Below are positions 41,605-58,654 of a stretch of 64,000 nt of DNA, one piece after another; within the stretch, counting starts at the first letter, position 1, and each line of letters begins with the position of its first letter. The stretch lies in the NCBI RefSeq assembly GCF_009914755.1, contig NC_060926.1. One strand, 5' to 3'. The position numbers were made by a program, and so were the translations under genes. The notes below the pieces were generated by a model. That model saw only the letters and a list, made by a program, of their open reading frames with translations. It was not told the origin of the DNA and made no database searches. This stretch comes from the human T2T-CHM13v2.0 reference genome, Homo sapiens.

Positions 41605-41859
41605 ATAAATATAAGGAGAGAGAGAGAGACAGAGAGAGAGATTTACTATAAGGAATTGGCTCACATGATTGTTAAAGGCCTTCAACTGACTGGATGAGGC
41701 TCATCCACATTATGGAGGGTAAACACTTTTACTCAAAGTCTATTGATTGAAATGTTAATCCCACCTTAAAAACCCCCAGAGAAACATCTCGAATAATGTT
41801 TGACAAAATATCTAGGTGCTGTGTGACCTGGCCAAGTTGACACAAAATGAACCATCGCA
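41518..41859 (-). mobile_element. MLT2 (ERVL) LTR with (TG)n/(GA)n microsatellite
   Basis: 'tgtattagagtttcctagagac...gatttactataaggaattggctcacatgatt...gccaagttgacacaaaatgaaccatc'. Confidence 0.8.
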
Positions 41860-43127
41860 AGCACCTACTCAATTGCTTTTCACTGAGAATGTAATCCAAG
41901 ATAAACATGGCCCCTGTCCCCATGGTGTTTACTCAAAAACTTAATTCAACAATGCCCAGATATAGACAAATTCAAACTCAAGTGCAAAAGACTGAAACCA
42001 GCTCCTTTCCCATAGCAAGTATTTATAAGGAGGAGAAAGAGACTAAGAGGTCTCTGGGTATCAAAAGCTAGGGACTGGGAAAAGGCAGCAGAAAGGGACT
42101 CTGGTATCTTCTAAGATGAAATTGAAATTATTCACTGCTTTGTCAAGGTCATTGGTACTCCCACTCCTCCAACTAACTCTTCCAGGAGGATATGGTCCCT
42201 TTTACCATTTAGGGATAGTAGTAGTCAGGAGAGGCTTCACAGAGGAGGTGATGTTTAAACTAAATGTTGAGTAACGGACAGGAGTAACTTTGGCAGAAAG
42301 AAGGGCAGGCAAAGGTCATTCTAGACATCAGAGGCCAAGGAGCCATAAATAAAGACAGAAGGGGGAATGTACTGCATTTGCTAGGCACAAAGTGCTTCCT
42401 GTGCCTGAGGGATAGGGCACAGTGGCAAAGCACAGAGACAAGAGAGGTAGAGAAGTACCTCGGAGGCCTTATTTCCCATAAATGCTTGGACTTAGCAGTG
42501 AGAACCCATGAAAAGTGTTACACTGGAAGGAGATGTGATCATTTTGTATTTTAGAGAGATCACATGCTGGCCAAGAGAATCTTCCAGATGAATCACTGTG
42601 GACCAAGACTAGAGTCAGAGACCATTAGTAGTTAATTTAAAAATCCTGGAGTGAGACGATGAGGGCCTGAAAGTGAGACTAGAGACAAGGAAACAGAGTT
42701 GCTATAAAAAGGGGTTATGATAATGCAATGGGATTAGAATAAACAGACTTGGTGATCTATTGATTGTGAAGAGAGAGAGACAGGCAGAGATGGGGGAGTT
42801 TGGCTTGGATAGTGTATCATCCACTGAGAGAGAGAACACAAGAAGAGGAGCAGATGTCAAGGTAAGGAATCCCATTTTGGAATGGGAGCTTCCAGAAGTG
42901 GTCCGTTCAACCTGTGGAGCTCCCACATTCAAGTGGATCACACAGACCTGGCCAAGGGAAAACACAATCATGGTGACCACCACAGAGGGCATTCCCCAAC
43001 CCCATATTCCTGGATCACCCAGGATTCTTATATAACATAATCCAAGAAAGGGGAAGCAAGTTCTCTTAAACTGATAGCAGACTTCAAGCCAGTCTTTGTA
43101 TATGACGGATTAAAAAATAATTGGATT

Positions 43128-43481
<354 letters not shown>

Positions 43482-43954
43482 TTATTGCTTACTACAACTC
43501 TATAAAATCAGTTCTATTATCATCCTAATTTTATGGACAGACTAAATAACTTACCCAAGGCTATCCAGTTAATAAGCAGTGGAGTCAAAAGTCAAACCTT
43601 GGTATCTGAACTGATTCACAGTCATCAGATTAGGGCCAAGAGGAAGGAGCTTCTCAGACATGGTCTAAACCTCTTTATTTTTATCCAGTGCAACTACTGA
43701 ATAATGTAAGAATCTCTTGGTTTTTGGAGCCAAGATGGCCGAATAGGAACAGCTCCGGTCTACAGCTCCCAGCGTGAGCGACACAGAAGACGGGTGATTT
43801 CTGCATTTCCATCTGAGGTACCGGGTTCATCTCACTAGGAAGTGCCAGACAGTGGGCGCAGGTCAGTGGGTGCGCGCACCGTGCACGAGCCGAAGCAGGG
43901 CGAGGCATTGCCTCACTCGGGAAGCGCAAGGGGTCAGGGAGTTCCCTTTCTGAG

Positions 43955-44170
43955 TCAAAGAAAGGGGTGACGGACGCACCTGGAAAATCGGGTCACTCCC
44001 ATCCGAATACTGCGCTTTTCCAACGGGCTTAAAAAACGGCGCACCACGAGATTATATCCCGCACCTGGCTTGGAGGGTCCTACGCCCACGGAGTCTCGCT
44101 GATTGCTAGCACAGCAGTCTGAGATCAAACTGCAAGGCTGCAGCGAGGCTGGGGGAGGGGCGCCCGCCAT
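43955..44170 (-). CDS. L1 ORF0 (71 aa antisense ORF), intact
   Basis: ATG at 44170; MAGAPPPASLQPCSLISDCCASNQRDSVGVGPSKPGAGYNLVVRRFLSPLEKRSIRMGVTRFSRCVRHPFL*. Expression unknown. Confidence 0.7.
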   Translation of the reverse strand: MAGAPPPASLQPCSLISDCCASNQRDSVGVGPSKPGAGYNLVVRRFLSPLEKRSIRMGVTRFSRCVRHPFL

Positions 44171-44625
44171 TGCCCAGGCTTGCTTAGGTAAACAAAGCAG
44201 CCTGGAAGCTCGAACTAGGCGGAGCCCACCACAGCTCAAGGAGGCCTGCCTGCCTCTGTAGGCTCCACCTCTGGGGGCAGGGCACAGACAAACAAAAAGA
44301 CAGCAGTAACCTCTGCAGACTTAAATGTCCCTGTCTGACAGCTTTGAAGAGAGCAGTGGTTCTCCCAGCACGCAGCTGGAGATCTGAGAACGGGCAGACT
44401 GACTCCTCAAGTGGGTCCCTGACCCCTGACCCCTGAGCAGCCTAACTGGGAGTCACCCCCCAGCAGGGGCACACTGACACCTCACACGGCAGGGTATTCC
44501 AACAGACCTGCAACTGAGGGTCCTGTCTGTTAGAAGAAAAACTAACAAACAGAAAGGACATCCACACCAAAAACCCATCTGTACATCACCATCATCAAAG
44601 ACCAAAAGTAGATAAAACCAAAAAG

Positions 44626-45633
44626 ATGGGGAAAAAACAGAACAGAAAAACTGGAAACTCTAGAAAGCAGAGCGCCTCTCCTCCTCCAAAGGAACGCAGT
44701 TCCTCACCAGCAACGGAACAAAGCTGGATGGAGAATGACTTTGACAAGCTGAGAGAAGAAGGCTTCAGACAATCAAATTACTCTGAGCTACAGGAGGACA
44801 TTCAAACCAAAGGCAAAGAAGTTGAAAACTTTGAAAAAAATTTAGAAGAATGTATAACTAGAATAACCAATACAGAGAAGTGCTTAAAGGAGCTGATGGA
44901 GCTGAAAACCAAGGCTCGAGAACTACATGAAGAATGCAGAAGCCTCAGGAGCCGATGCGATCAACTGGAAGAAAGGGTATCAGTGATGGAAGATGAAATG
45001 AAGTGAGAAGGGAAGTTTAGAGAAAAAAGAATAAAAAGAAATGAGCAAAGCCTCCAAGAAATATGGGACTATGTGAAAAGACCAAATCTACGTCTGATTG
45101 GTGTACCTGAAAGTGATGGGGAGAATGGAACCAAGTTGGAAAACACTCTGCAGGATATTATCCAGGAGAACTTCCCCAATCTAGCAAGGCAGGCCAATGT
45201 TCAGATTCAGGAAATACAGAGAACGCCACAAAGATACTCCTCGAGAAGAGCAACTCCAAGACACATAATTGTCAGATTCACCAAAGTTGAAATGAAGGAA
45301 AAAATGTTAAGGGCAGCCAGAGAGAAAGGTCAGGTTACCCACAAAGGGAAGCCCATCAGACCAACAGTGGATCTCTTGGCAGAAACCCTACAAGCCAGAA
45401 GAGAGTGGGGGCCAATATTCAACATTCCTAAAGACAAGAATTTTCAACCCAGAATTTCATATCCAGCCAAACTAAGCTTCATAAGTGAAGGAGAAATAAA
45501 ATACTTTACAGACAAGCAAATGCTGAGAGATTTTGTCACCACCAGGCCTGCCCTAAAAGAGCTCCTGAAGGAAGCGCTAAACATGGAAAGGAACAACCGG
45601 TACCAGCTGCTGCAAAATCATGCCAAAATGTAA
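44626..45633 (+). pseudogene. L1 ORF1, disrupted
   Basis: MGKKQNRKTGNS...HAKM; premature TGA at 45004-45006 (consensus CGA) after an in-frame 9-bp loss. Confidence 0.9.
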
Positions 45634-45696
45634 AGACCATCAAGACTAGGAAGAAACTGCGTCAACTAACGAGCAAAATAACCAGCTAACATCATA

Positions 45697-49521
<3,825 letters not shown>

Positions 49522-50114
49522 GATCACATGGACACAGGAAGGGGAATATCACACTCTGGGGACTGTTGTGGTGTGGGGGGAGGGGGGAGGGATAGCATTG
49601 GGAGATATACCTAATGCTAGATGACGAGTTCGTGGGTGCAGTGCACCAGCATGGCACATGTATACATATGTAACTAACCTGCACAATGTGCACATGTACC
49701 CTAAAACTTAAAGTACAATAAAAAAAAAAGAATCTCTTGCCTTTTTCCACAAAGGAATGTGCAGTATAAAGCTCATCTAATTAACAATTCCATTTTTTAA
49801 TGTACAGATGAGATCTTATACAATTTTCCTTTTGGTTTTCACTTTTCTTAGTGTTACAGTGGGAACGGAAACAGTGTTATCTGCTCACAAAAACTCTATC
49901 TAACCTCTTGCCCATTTAGCCCAAAAGTTTGTCTGTCCTTATGAGCAAAACTAAAAGCAATCCTCTCTTCTTCTGTTACAGGTACATTGAACATACATTA
50001 AAGGTAGTCATACACACGATTTTTTAAATCTCGCACTTTCCCTTTAATTCTGCTTAGTGAAAGTAGTCTTTCTCCTCTCTCTGGATGAAAACCTGTGTAG
50101 CCTCCAAGACATTT

Positions 50115-50217
50115 TTTTAATATAATTTATGTTCCAGGATACACGTGCAGGATGAGCAGATTTGTTACATAGGTAAATGTGTGCCATGGTGGTTTGCTGC
50201 ACCCGATCAACCCATCA
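50115..50217 (-). mobile_element. ~100-bp L1PA 3'-terminal insertion
   Basis: L1 3'UTR end flanked by TSD TCCAAGACATTT at 50103 and 50218. Confidence 0.8.
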
Positions 50218-50700
50218 TCCAAGACATTTCTACTCACTTTTAGGCTGCTTTAAATTGAAAGCCAAGTCTCTGTTCAGAAAGTAAAAATGCCCAGTATAAT
50301 ATATTAGGAATCTCTTCAATCCTTATGGGAAGGTAAGGCTTCTCTCCCTGAAAATGAGCATATGAATCTTTCTTTTCCTTCCCTAACTGGCATTTCCCCA
50401 CTCTAAGCTTGATCTCTTTCTCTAGCAGGGTCAAAGCAGGGAGAGGGAGGACATGTGAGGGCTACAGAAAAGTTGTTACTTGACTGACTCTCTGGTAAGA
50501 TGGCTCAGAGCCCTGTGGGCCAGGCTGGAGCTTAAAAAGCACTCTCCTTTTCTTGTGGAATGCTTTTGAGGTTCTTTGGTGGTTCTCCAGCATTGGGACA
50601 CTCTGCTGCCATTCCTTGTAGATAATTTTTATTTGATTGACTTACCAATAATTGAAAGACATATGTTAGAAAATTTGTCAAATATATATATACATATATA

Positions 50701-51059
50701 CAGTCATGTGTCACATAAGGACATTCTGGTCAGCAATGGACTACATATACAAAAAAATGCAGAAACTACAAAAAAATACAAAAGAAGTCCAATAAGATTT
50801 TAATATTGTGTATTTACGGTACCTTTTCTATGTTTAGATACACAAATACTTTCCATTGTGTTACAATTGCCTACAGCATTCAGTACAGTAACATGCTGTC
50901 CAGATTTGTAGCCTAGAAGCAATATTATGCCATCTAGCCTAGATGTGTAGTAGGCTGTACCATCTAGGTTGTATAAGTGTACTCTGTGATTTCTGCACAA
51001 TGACAAAAATCACTTAATGAGGCATTTCTTAGAACATATCCCTGTTGTTAAGTGATGTA

Positions 51060-51065
<6 letters not shown>
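50701..51065 (+). mobile_element. Tigger3a/MER7A-like DNA transposon followed by (TG)n
   Basis: TA|CAGTCATGTGTCACATAAGGAC...; 'ccattgtgttacaattgcctacagcattcagtacagtaacatgctgt'. Confidence 0.8.
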
Positions 51066-51090
<25 letters not shown>

Positions 51091-51160
51091 ATTTGTGCAT
51101 TACATATTTTGAGGCAAATTTGTAACAAATTTAGAATTATTACTTATTTTAGTTTTTATT

Positions 51161-51267
51161 ATAGTGGTCCTCTATATTATTTATACTGGTCCTCTATATA
51201 TTATTTTGTGGTCCTTTCTACATATTATATTGATAGTGGTCCTCTATATATTATATAGTGGTCCTCT
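51161..51267. repeat. Degenerate minisatellite, 5 x (T)GGTCCTCTATATATTA core
   Basis: TGGTCCT recurs five times at about 21-28 nt spacing. Confidence 0.8.
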
Positions 51268-51359
51268 TTTGTCTCAATAATGCTTTACATTTTTTAGTCT
51301 TGTTTATCTGACATATGTTCCTGCTACCATAAAATGTTATGATAAAAAACTATCATAGC

Positions 51360-51699
<340 letters not shown>

Positions 51700-51979
51700 T
51701 TAGAATTCGCTACTTTTAATTTCTTGTAATATTTTTACTTTCAAACTTTGTATACTCTTATAGTTTAAATGTGTTCCTTATAGCTGGATTTTGTTATTTC
51801 TGCCATTTTGTTTTGTGCTTTCTATTTGCCCTACTATTTATGGTTTTTTTTTTCTCTTTTATTGCCTTCTTTTGAATTAATTTTTTTCTTATTCCATTTT
51901 CCACTTCACTGGCTTTTAAGTTACATATTCTATTTGTATTCTTTTAGTAGTTACTCTGGAAATTTTACAATGCCTAATT

Positions 51980-53540
51980 AGGGACAGCTGAAAGTGTCCC
52001 CCTCTACCTGCTCAAAGATGTCCACACCATAGTCCCCAGAACCTGTGAATATGTTACTTTACATGGTAAAAAGGGCTTTAAAAATGTAATTAAGTAAGGA
52101 TTATCCTGGGTTATCTAGGTAGGTCCTGTGTAGTTACATGGGCCTTTATAAGAAGGAGGCAGGAGAGTTAGAATTTTAAAAAGGCAAGGTGATGATAGAA
52201 GCAGAGAGGACTAGAGGATGCCAATGTCTTTGAAGATGGGTTTCGGGGGCAGGAGCCAGGGATGCAGATAGTCTCCAGAAGATAGAAAGGCAAGGAAACA
52301 TTCTTTTGCAGAGGCTCCAGCAAAAAATACCCCTGCTGACCCATGTTAGACTTCTTACCTCTAGATCTATGAGAGAATAAATTCATGTGTTTTAAGCCAT
52401 TAAGTTTGCAGTAATTTGTTACAACAGCAATTCGAAGCTAATACAGAGTTTGGTACCTGAAAGTGGAGTACCGCTGTAATAAATACATAAAGATGTGAAA
52501 GCAGCTTTGGAATTGGACATTAGGCAGAGGGTGAAATAATACTGAAAATCCTAGATTGCCTTGAAGATACTGTTAGTAGAAATATGGATGTTAAAGATTC
52601 TGCCAGTGAGGGCTCAAAGGAGTGAGGAGCCTGGTAGAGAGAACCTATATTGTCTTGGAGAACACCTTAATCATCCTAAACATACCATTGGCAGAAACAT
52701 GGATATTAAAGGCAATGTGGGCCAGGTGCAGTGGCTCACACCTGTAATCCCAGCACTTTGGGAGGCCAAGGCAGGCGGATCACCTAAGTTCAGGAGTTCA
52801 AGACCAGCCTGACCAACATAGAGAAACCCCATCTCTACTAAAAATACAAAAATTAGCCAGGTGTGGTGGTGCATGCCTGTAATCCCAGCTACTCGGGAGG
52901 CTGAGGCAGGACAATCATTTTAAGGCCAGAGGCAGAGGTTGCGGTGAGCCGAGATCATGCCATTGCACTACAGCCTGGGCAACAAGAGCGAAACTCCATC
53001 TCAGAATAAAGAAAGAAAGAGAGAGAGAGAGAGAGAAAGAGAGGGGAGGGAAGGAAGGAAGGAAGGAAGGAAGGAAGGAAGGAAGGAAGGAGGGAGGGAG
53101 GGAGGGAGGGAGGGAGGGAGGGAGGGAAGGAGGGAAGGAAGGAAGGAAGGAAGGAAAGAAGGAAGGCAGGCAGGCAGGCAGGCAGTGTGGTGACGGCTCA
53201 GAAGGAAATGAGAACATGTTAGAAAGTGGAGGAAAGTGAATCCTTGTTATATAGTGACAGAAAACTTAGCTCAATTATGTTCCCTACAGTTGTGTGGAAA
53301 TCAGAACTTGTAAGTGATAAAACTGGATATTTGGCTGAGATTTCCAAGCAAAGTATTAAAGATGCATCCTGGTTTCTTCTTGTTTATAGTACATGCAAAA
53401 GGAAAAGACAGATTGATAAAATGTTAAACTAAAAGGAACCAGGACTTAATGATTTAAGAAACTCTCAGTTTATCCAGATTGCAAAAGATGATAGAGTTAG
53501 GAGATTCACTGTTGGAATGGCATGCCAAAGATGTGGTTGG
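51980..53540 (+). mobile_element. MLT1D-like LTR (to ~52445) plus MaLR internal sequence, interrupted by an Alu
   Basis: 'agaacctgtgaatatgttactttacatgg...gtaatttgttacaacagcaa...ctaataca|gagtttggtacc' LTR-to-internal junction. Confidence 0.7.
52720..53183 (+). mobile_element. AluSp/Sq with ~175-bp polypurine (GA/GGAA/GGGA/GGCA) tail
   Basis: 'ggcaacaagagcgaaactcc' Sp/Sq diagnostic; GGCA(A/G)TGTGG flanking repeats. Confidence 0.9.
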
Positions 53541-53577
53541 ATAACATTTTGCTATGTCTTAACTCCTTAAAACAGGC

Positions 53578-53628
53578 AGTAGTAGTAGTAGTAGTAGTGG
53601 TAGTAGTAGTAGTAGTAGTAGTAGTAGT
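53578..53628. repeat. (GTA)n trinucleotide microsatellite
   Basis: About 17 units with one GTG interruption. Confidence 0.95.
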
Positions 53629-54582
53629 GCTTAATATAGTTAGGTTTACTTATAAGATTACCAGTTTGTTTGTTACCCATTCAATCTTGTATTTCAGACC
53701 ATCTTTCTGGAGTCACTTTTTTCTTTTGGGAGTACGTCATTAAAAATTTCTTCAGTGAGGCTCTGTTGATAGCAAATTCAGTTTTTATCTGAAAATGTCT
53801 TTACTCTTCCTTCATTGTTAAAATTTTACATGGTGTACAATTCTAAGTTCACAGTTAGCATCTCTCAGCCTTTTGAATATATTATCCTATTGTCCTATGG
53901 ATCTCATTATTGCTCTAGGAAGTATGCTGTCAGTCTAATTCCTGAGTTTTGGAGGCATTCTCTTTCTTTCTCTCTAACAGCTCAAAGGATCTTATTTTGA
54001 TGTTCTGTAGTTTTCACTACAAGGTTTCTACAAATGAATTTTTGTCAGTTCTTCTTGATACAGGTTTTGATTCCTGGATCTGTTGGCTCACTAGGTCTAG
54101 AAAATTCTCAGCTACTATCTCTTGGAATATCTCTTCTCCAACTTCTGACTCCTCTATTTTAGCAATCCAGTTGGACTCTATTTAAACTTTCTTGTTCTAA
54201 CCTGTGTGTTTTGTGCCTTACATATGCTTAATTCTCTCATCTCTGTGTGAAAGTCTCTCTTCCACTTCATTAATTCTATTTTTAGCTACATCTGTTTAAC
54301 CTCTCCACTGAGTTTTTAAATTAAAATTATTTTGATTTCATTTTTAAAGTCTCATTTTGCTCATTTTCAAACTTGGTAAACATTCTTGGAGGTTTAAATC
54401 TATTATTTATTATATCTGTGGACTCCTGCTCATAGTGACTTTTTTCCTCATGTGTGTAGAATTTTTTTATTGTGAGACAATACTTTGTTGGGGGTGCTTA
54501 ATCTGTGGCAATACTGAGGAGACAGAATTGGGATGTTTTTCTTCAGGGAGGATTTACATTTCCTTTTTCTGGTCAAAAGTAG

Positions 54583-55008
54583 TACTAGGGTTTGGATGTA
54601 ATTTCTCCCTACCAAAACATGTTAACATATAATTGCCAATGTAGCAGCATTGGGAGGTGGTGTTTTTAAGAGGTGATTAGGCTGTTAAGATGGGTTTTTC
54701 ACAAGCCTGGTTTAGTTCTTGAGGTTGGATTAATTCTCATAGAAATAGATTAGTTCTTCCAAGAGTGGGTTGTTATAAAACTCATTAGCCTCCTTTGTCC
54801 TGTCCCTCTTTGCACACATCTGCATACCTTTCTGCTTTTCTACCATGTTGTACCTCAGCATGTGGCCCTCACCAGAAGCCAAACAGCTCCTGGTGCAATG
54901 TTCTTGGACTTCCCAGCCAGCAGAACTGTGAGCCAAATGAGTTTCTTTTCTTTATAAATTATCCAGACTCAGGTATTCTATTAAAGCAACACTAAATTGA
55001 CTAAGACA
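54583..55008 (+). mobile_element. MST-family MaLR LTR
   Basis: 'cttggacttcccagccagcagaactgtgagccaaat...ctttataaattatccagactcaggtattc...gactaagaca'. Confidence 0.8.
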
Positions 55009-56049
55009 GGGTGGGAGGAAGTAGGTGAGTGGTACTTTAACTAAAATCTTAGTGGGTGACCTTGAATAGTAATTCTCAAAGAAATTCTCCGAGAAAATTG
55101 TTATTTCTTCTCTTTTTTTCCCCTCATAGTGAAGACAGGTTTCATTACAGACTCCCTCTTTTTGGCCAATGGATTTTTTTCCTAGACTACTTTTTCCCTG
55201 AGGGTCTAGATCCTTCAAGACTTTTAGTGTAATGAGGGCATTTCAGTTTTGTACAAGCCCATATTATTATCTCCCATTCCCTTGTGGGATATTAACCCTG
55301 AAATCTCTAGGAGTCTGAAGCCACATTTTCTGGATTCTAATTCCAGTTCTCCCACACACTATTGTGTAACCATGAACAAGGTACTTCTCTGTGCTTCAGT
55401 TTCCTCTTCTATAAAATGAATATTGGTCCTAGTTCTTCCCCCACAGGAATGTTATGAGTAATAAGTGAACCGACTTTATTAAAATTCATGGACCAGTGCC
55501 TGGCCCATTGGGAGTGCTCTAAAAATGCTTGCACTTACTTACTCAGTATTAGCAAGTGCCTCCATGTTAGTTTAAGGCTTACTCATTCAGTTTTAGCTCA
55601 CTGAACTTCTAAAAAAATGGATTTCAAGGATTTCCTTTATTTTCTTTCAAGCTGTCTGTTATAATTTATCCAGAATCTAGCTGAATTACAGAAGGAAGCT
55701 TTTTGACTACTCAATTTATGTGTTGTGGAGTCTGAGCTGAAGGCAGCAACCAAGGCAGGTTTAAGGGTTTGCCAGGGGACCTGGGGTCCCTTGAACATTT
55801 TAAGCTGTTCAGGAAGAGGAAAGGGTAAACACAGAACAATCAAGGGCTGTTTTGTTCCAGGCTCTCTTTAGAGGCATGACCATATAAGCCCCACTTTCTG
55901 CTATATTGGAAGCCCTCCCTGACTGCTCTGATAATGCTAAATGGAAATGGCTACTATCTTCTTTTCCCTACACTTTAGGATATGTATCATCTTTCTCTCA
56001 GTCAACCTTACATCGTCAGCATATAGCAGTTCTCCATAAATGTTTGTTA

Positions 56050-56207
<158 letters not shown>

Positions 56208-56699
56208 AATGCATGAATGAATGAGTCCAAGACAAAGGCACTGGAGGAAAAAACATATATGAAGAGTGGACTCTTTCTGTGATTTAAAATGTGAAACCTC
56301 CCCATAACTTTTCAACACGTTAAATTTTCATGAACAAGACAACTGTTAAATATTATTTAAAGATATGGGAGTAACTAACTGAACAAAAAGCAAAATCATA
56401 AAAACTGGCTGCTTCTGAATAGTGCAAGGAAAAGTAAGAAAAGGTGAGTCAGGGATCTATCCTTTTTCTGTAAAAGCCCTCTGCATGGTTTTATTTTTAA
56501 CTACAAACTATTTAATTATTAACTATGTACAACTAAGTTAAAATATTTAAAATGAAAAATCAGTCAATTTTTGACCTGCTGTAAGTCAAAGCATCCTGCT
56601 GTGCTTTTGACCTCATACAGTTGAGTACAGTTGTTTTTTTGTTTTTGTTTTTGTTTTTGTTTAAGTTTTGTGCCAAGAGTCCTGACTACCAAACTGTGT

Positions 56700-56880
56700 T
56701 GACCCAAAGCTTGATTAACAAATAAAGCTTGGTTAACCAAAGCTTGGTTAACAAATAAACAGAACTTTGAACTTTAATAAAGCAGTTCTAATGGACCTAG
56801 ACTGGGTTGGGCAGGCCTACTGACTGCTGCCTGAAGGTTGCTGTAAAGGGACTAAGTAAATCAATTAACTCCACAGTTTT
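56700..56880 (+). promoter_or_regulatory. ACMSD: ACMSD proximal promoter with liver/kidney TF-like motifs
   Basis: DR1/HNF4-like AGAACTTTGAACT (56761-73), FOXA-like AAATAAACA (56753-61) and ONECUT-like AAATCAAT (56858-65), within 240 nt of the ATG. Rodent Acmsd is reported to be regulated by HNF4A and PPARA. Confidence 0.6.
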
Positions 56881-56939
56881 CACAAAGGTCTCTTGATATC
56901 AAAACTTCTTTCCTTGCATGCTTCTCTGATCCTGTGGAG

Positions 56940-56996
56940 ATGAAAATTGACATCCATAGTCATATTCTACCAAAAGAATGGCCAGATCTAAAAAAG
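56940..56996 (+). CDS. ACMSD: ACMSD (aminocarboxymuconate semialdehyde decarboxylase) coding exon 1
   Basis: Encodes MKIDIHSHILPKEWPDLKK, with the HxH Zn ligands His6/His8; donor AAG|GTAATG. Confidence 0.97.
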
Positions 56997-58654
56997 GTAA
57001 TGGTAATTAATTTGCTGAATTATTTCTGAAACTTCTCCAGGGTTTCTCAATGCCTTTCTCTTCTTTGTGGAATTAGATGTCTAGTTTATCTGCTTTGGTG
57101 GGGGGCGAGGGGGTTAAATCATTTGGTAGTTCTGATTTTCTAGCTTTTAAAAATGACTTTTATATTTATTTTGAAATAACATTGGATTAAAGAAATAAGT
57201 GCTTTCTCAGAAACCCTTTTTTCCCTCAAATGAACCATTCTTTAAAATATCTGGACAATTTAAATAAGGCAGATTTACCTTTTCAAAACTCACATATTCA
57301 GCTGCTGGGAAGATACATGCCAACTACAGAATTTAAAGTTACAATTTTAAGTAGAAGACCATTAAAAATGGAATGTGATCGGTTTCAAGGACTTCTAAAA
57401 TATATCTCCTTTCCAAAATGTTTAAAATAAGTTTTAGAAGCACCAAGAGATAGCTTTGTGAATTTTTTTAGTCTATTTTAGGACACTGCCTGAAACCTTT
57501 ACTGTTTGATGTTCTTTATTCTATAAATCTTTGTCCTGAAGAACTAGGAAGTAGGTACATCAAAAAACCCGAGAATAAATGACATGAAGCTTTTGCACAG
57601 TGACATCTCCTAAGAGAGTATTCTTTGTGTTTCTCTAAAGATGGAAATTTCCTTTTGTCATTAAGAACTTTTGAATGAATATAAAAAGAGGAAGGTGAGG
57701 AACATGAAAGAAATGTAAAATTGGCTAGAGGTTTGTTCAGGCTTAATATCAGGTTTTACCCAATCTTCAGCATTCTGCCAGTACTTTCACACCACCGATA
57801 ATGTTTCAACTTTTTTATCCCAAGTGAGGGAAAATGAATTAACCCAAACTTGAATTAAATGTGGTTCATTGTGCAAATAGATGAAACTATTTTCTTCTCA
57901 TAGTTGTCTCATTGAAGAATGTTTATCTTAAGTATTTCTTTGTCCATTGGTATCTTAGGTAAGAGGGGTGGTAGAAACTGTGGATTGAAAAACAAAATCT
58001 TTGAAAGCCTATCCTATGCACAGCTAACGATAAAAGATAAACCTCTCAACCTGCTCTTCCTAAAAGGACTCTACATGTTTACACAGGAACATGCTGTTCT
58101 GAGTGCTGTTGTCCTCATCATAGTTTACTGAAGTGTAAACCACTTCACAATGTTAATGATTTCATGAAGGGAATGCACCAGTTACTTTGTGGGAGTGCAT
58201 CTGCCTTGTTTAGAAGCTGCATGCAGTTTCTTACATCTTATGGCGCCCACCACTTTCTACCCCTCATTTATGAGTATTTGCCTGATGAATGATGCAATGA
58301 ACACATTGACTAACGTGTGATACAGGTAATGGAAGCAATAGATTATACTCCCTAATCTGAGAGTTTTAGAAAAATCCAAATTTTAGTATTTGGTATTTTA
58401 AAATAGCCATAAACTATACCTAGCAAAAAAAAAAAAAAAAAACACTAATTCCTCTGTTACAGCTTTTTTCTCTATTTGAGTATGAAAGAATATCCACATG
58501 AAATGCTTTGGAAACCACCACGGTGGTCTCTAGAGGACAACGCCCCCCTGTACTATCCCACTGAGAAAGCTAGCTAGCATGATCGACCCTCCAAGCAGGG
58601 CTCCAAGCTCCAGGGCATACACCTCCTTGTGCAGACAGGATTTTGAGGCTTAGA

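Noticed and set aside
52915-53743. Low-complexity ORFs (GRKE/LPSF repeats, poly-Val)
   Set aside because: Translations of the polypurine and (GTA)n microsatellites.
58535-58556. Second CTCF-like motif on the minus strand (GTACAGGGGGGCG)
   Set aside because: Lacks the 5' CC of the core; match too weak to call.
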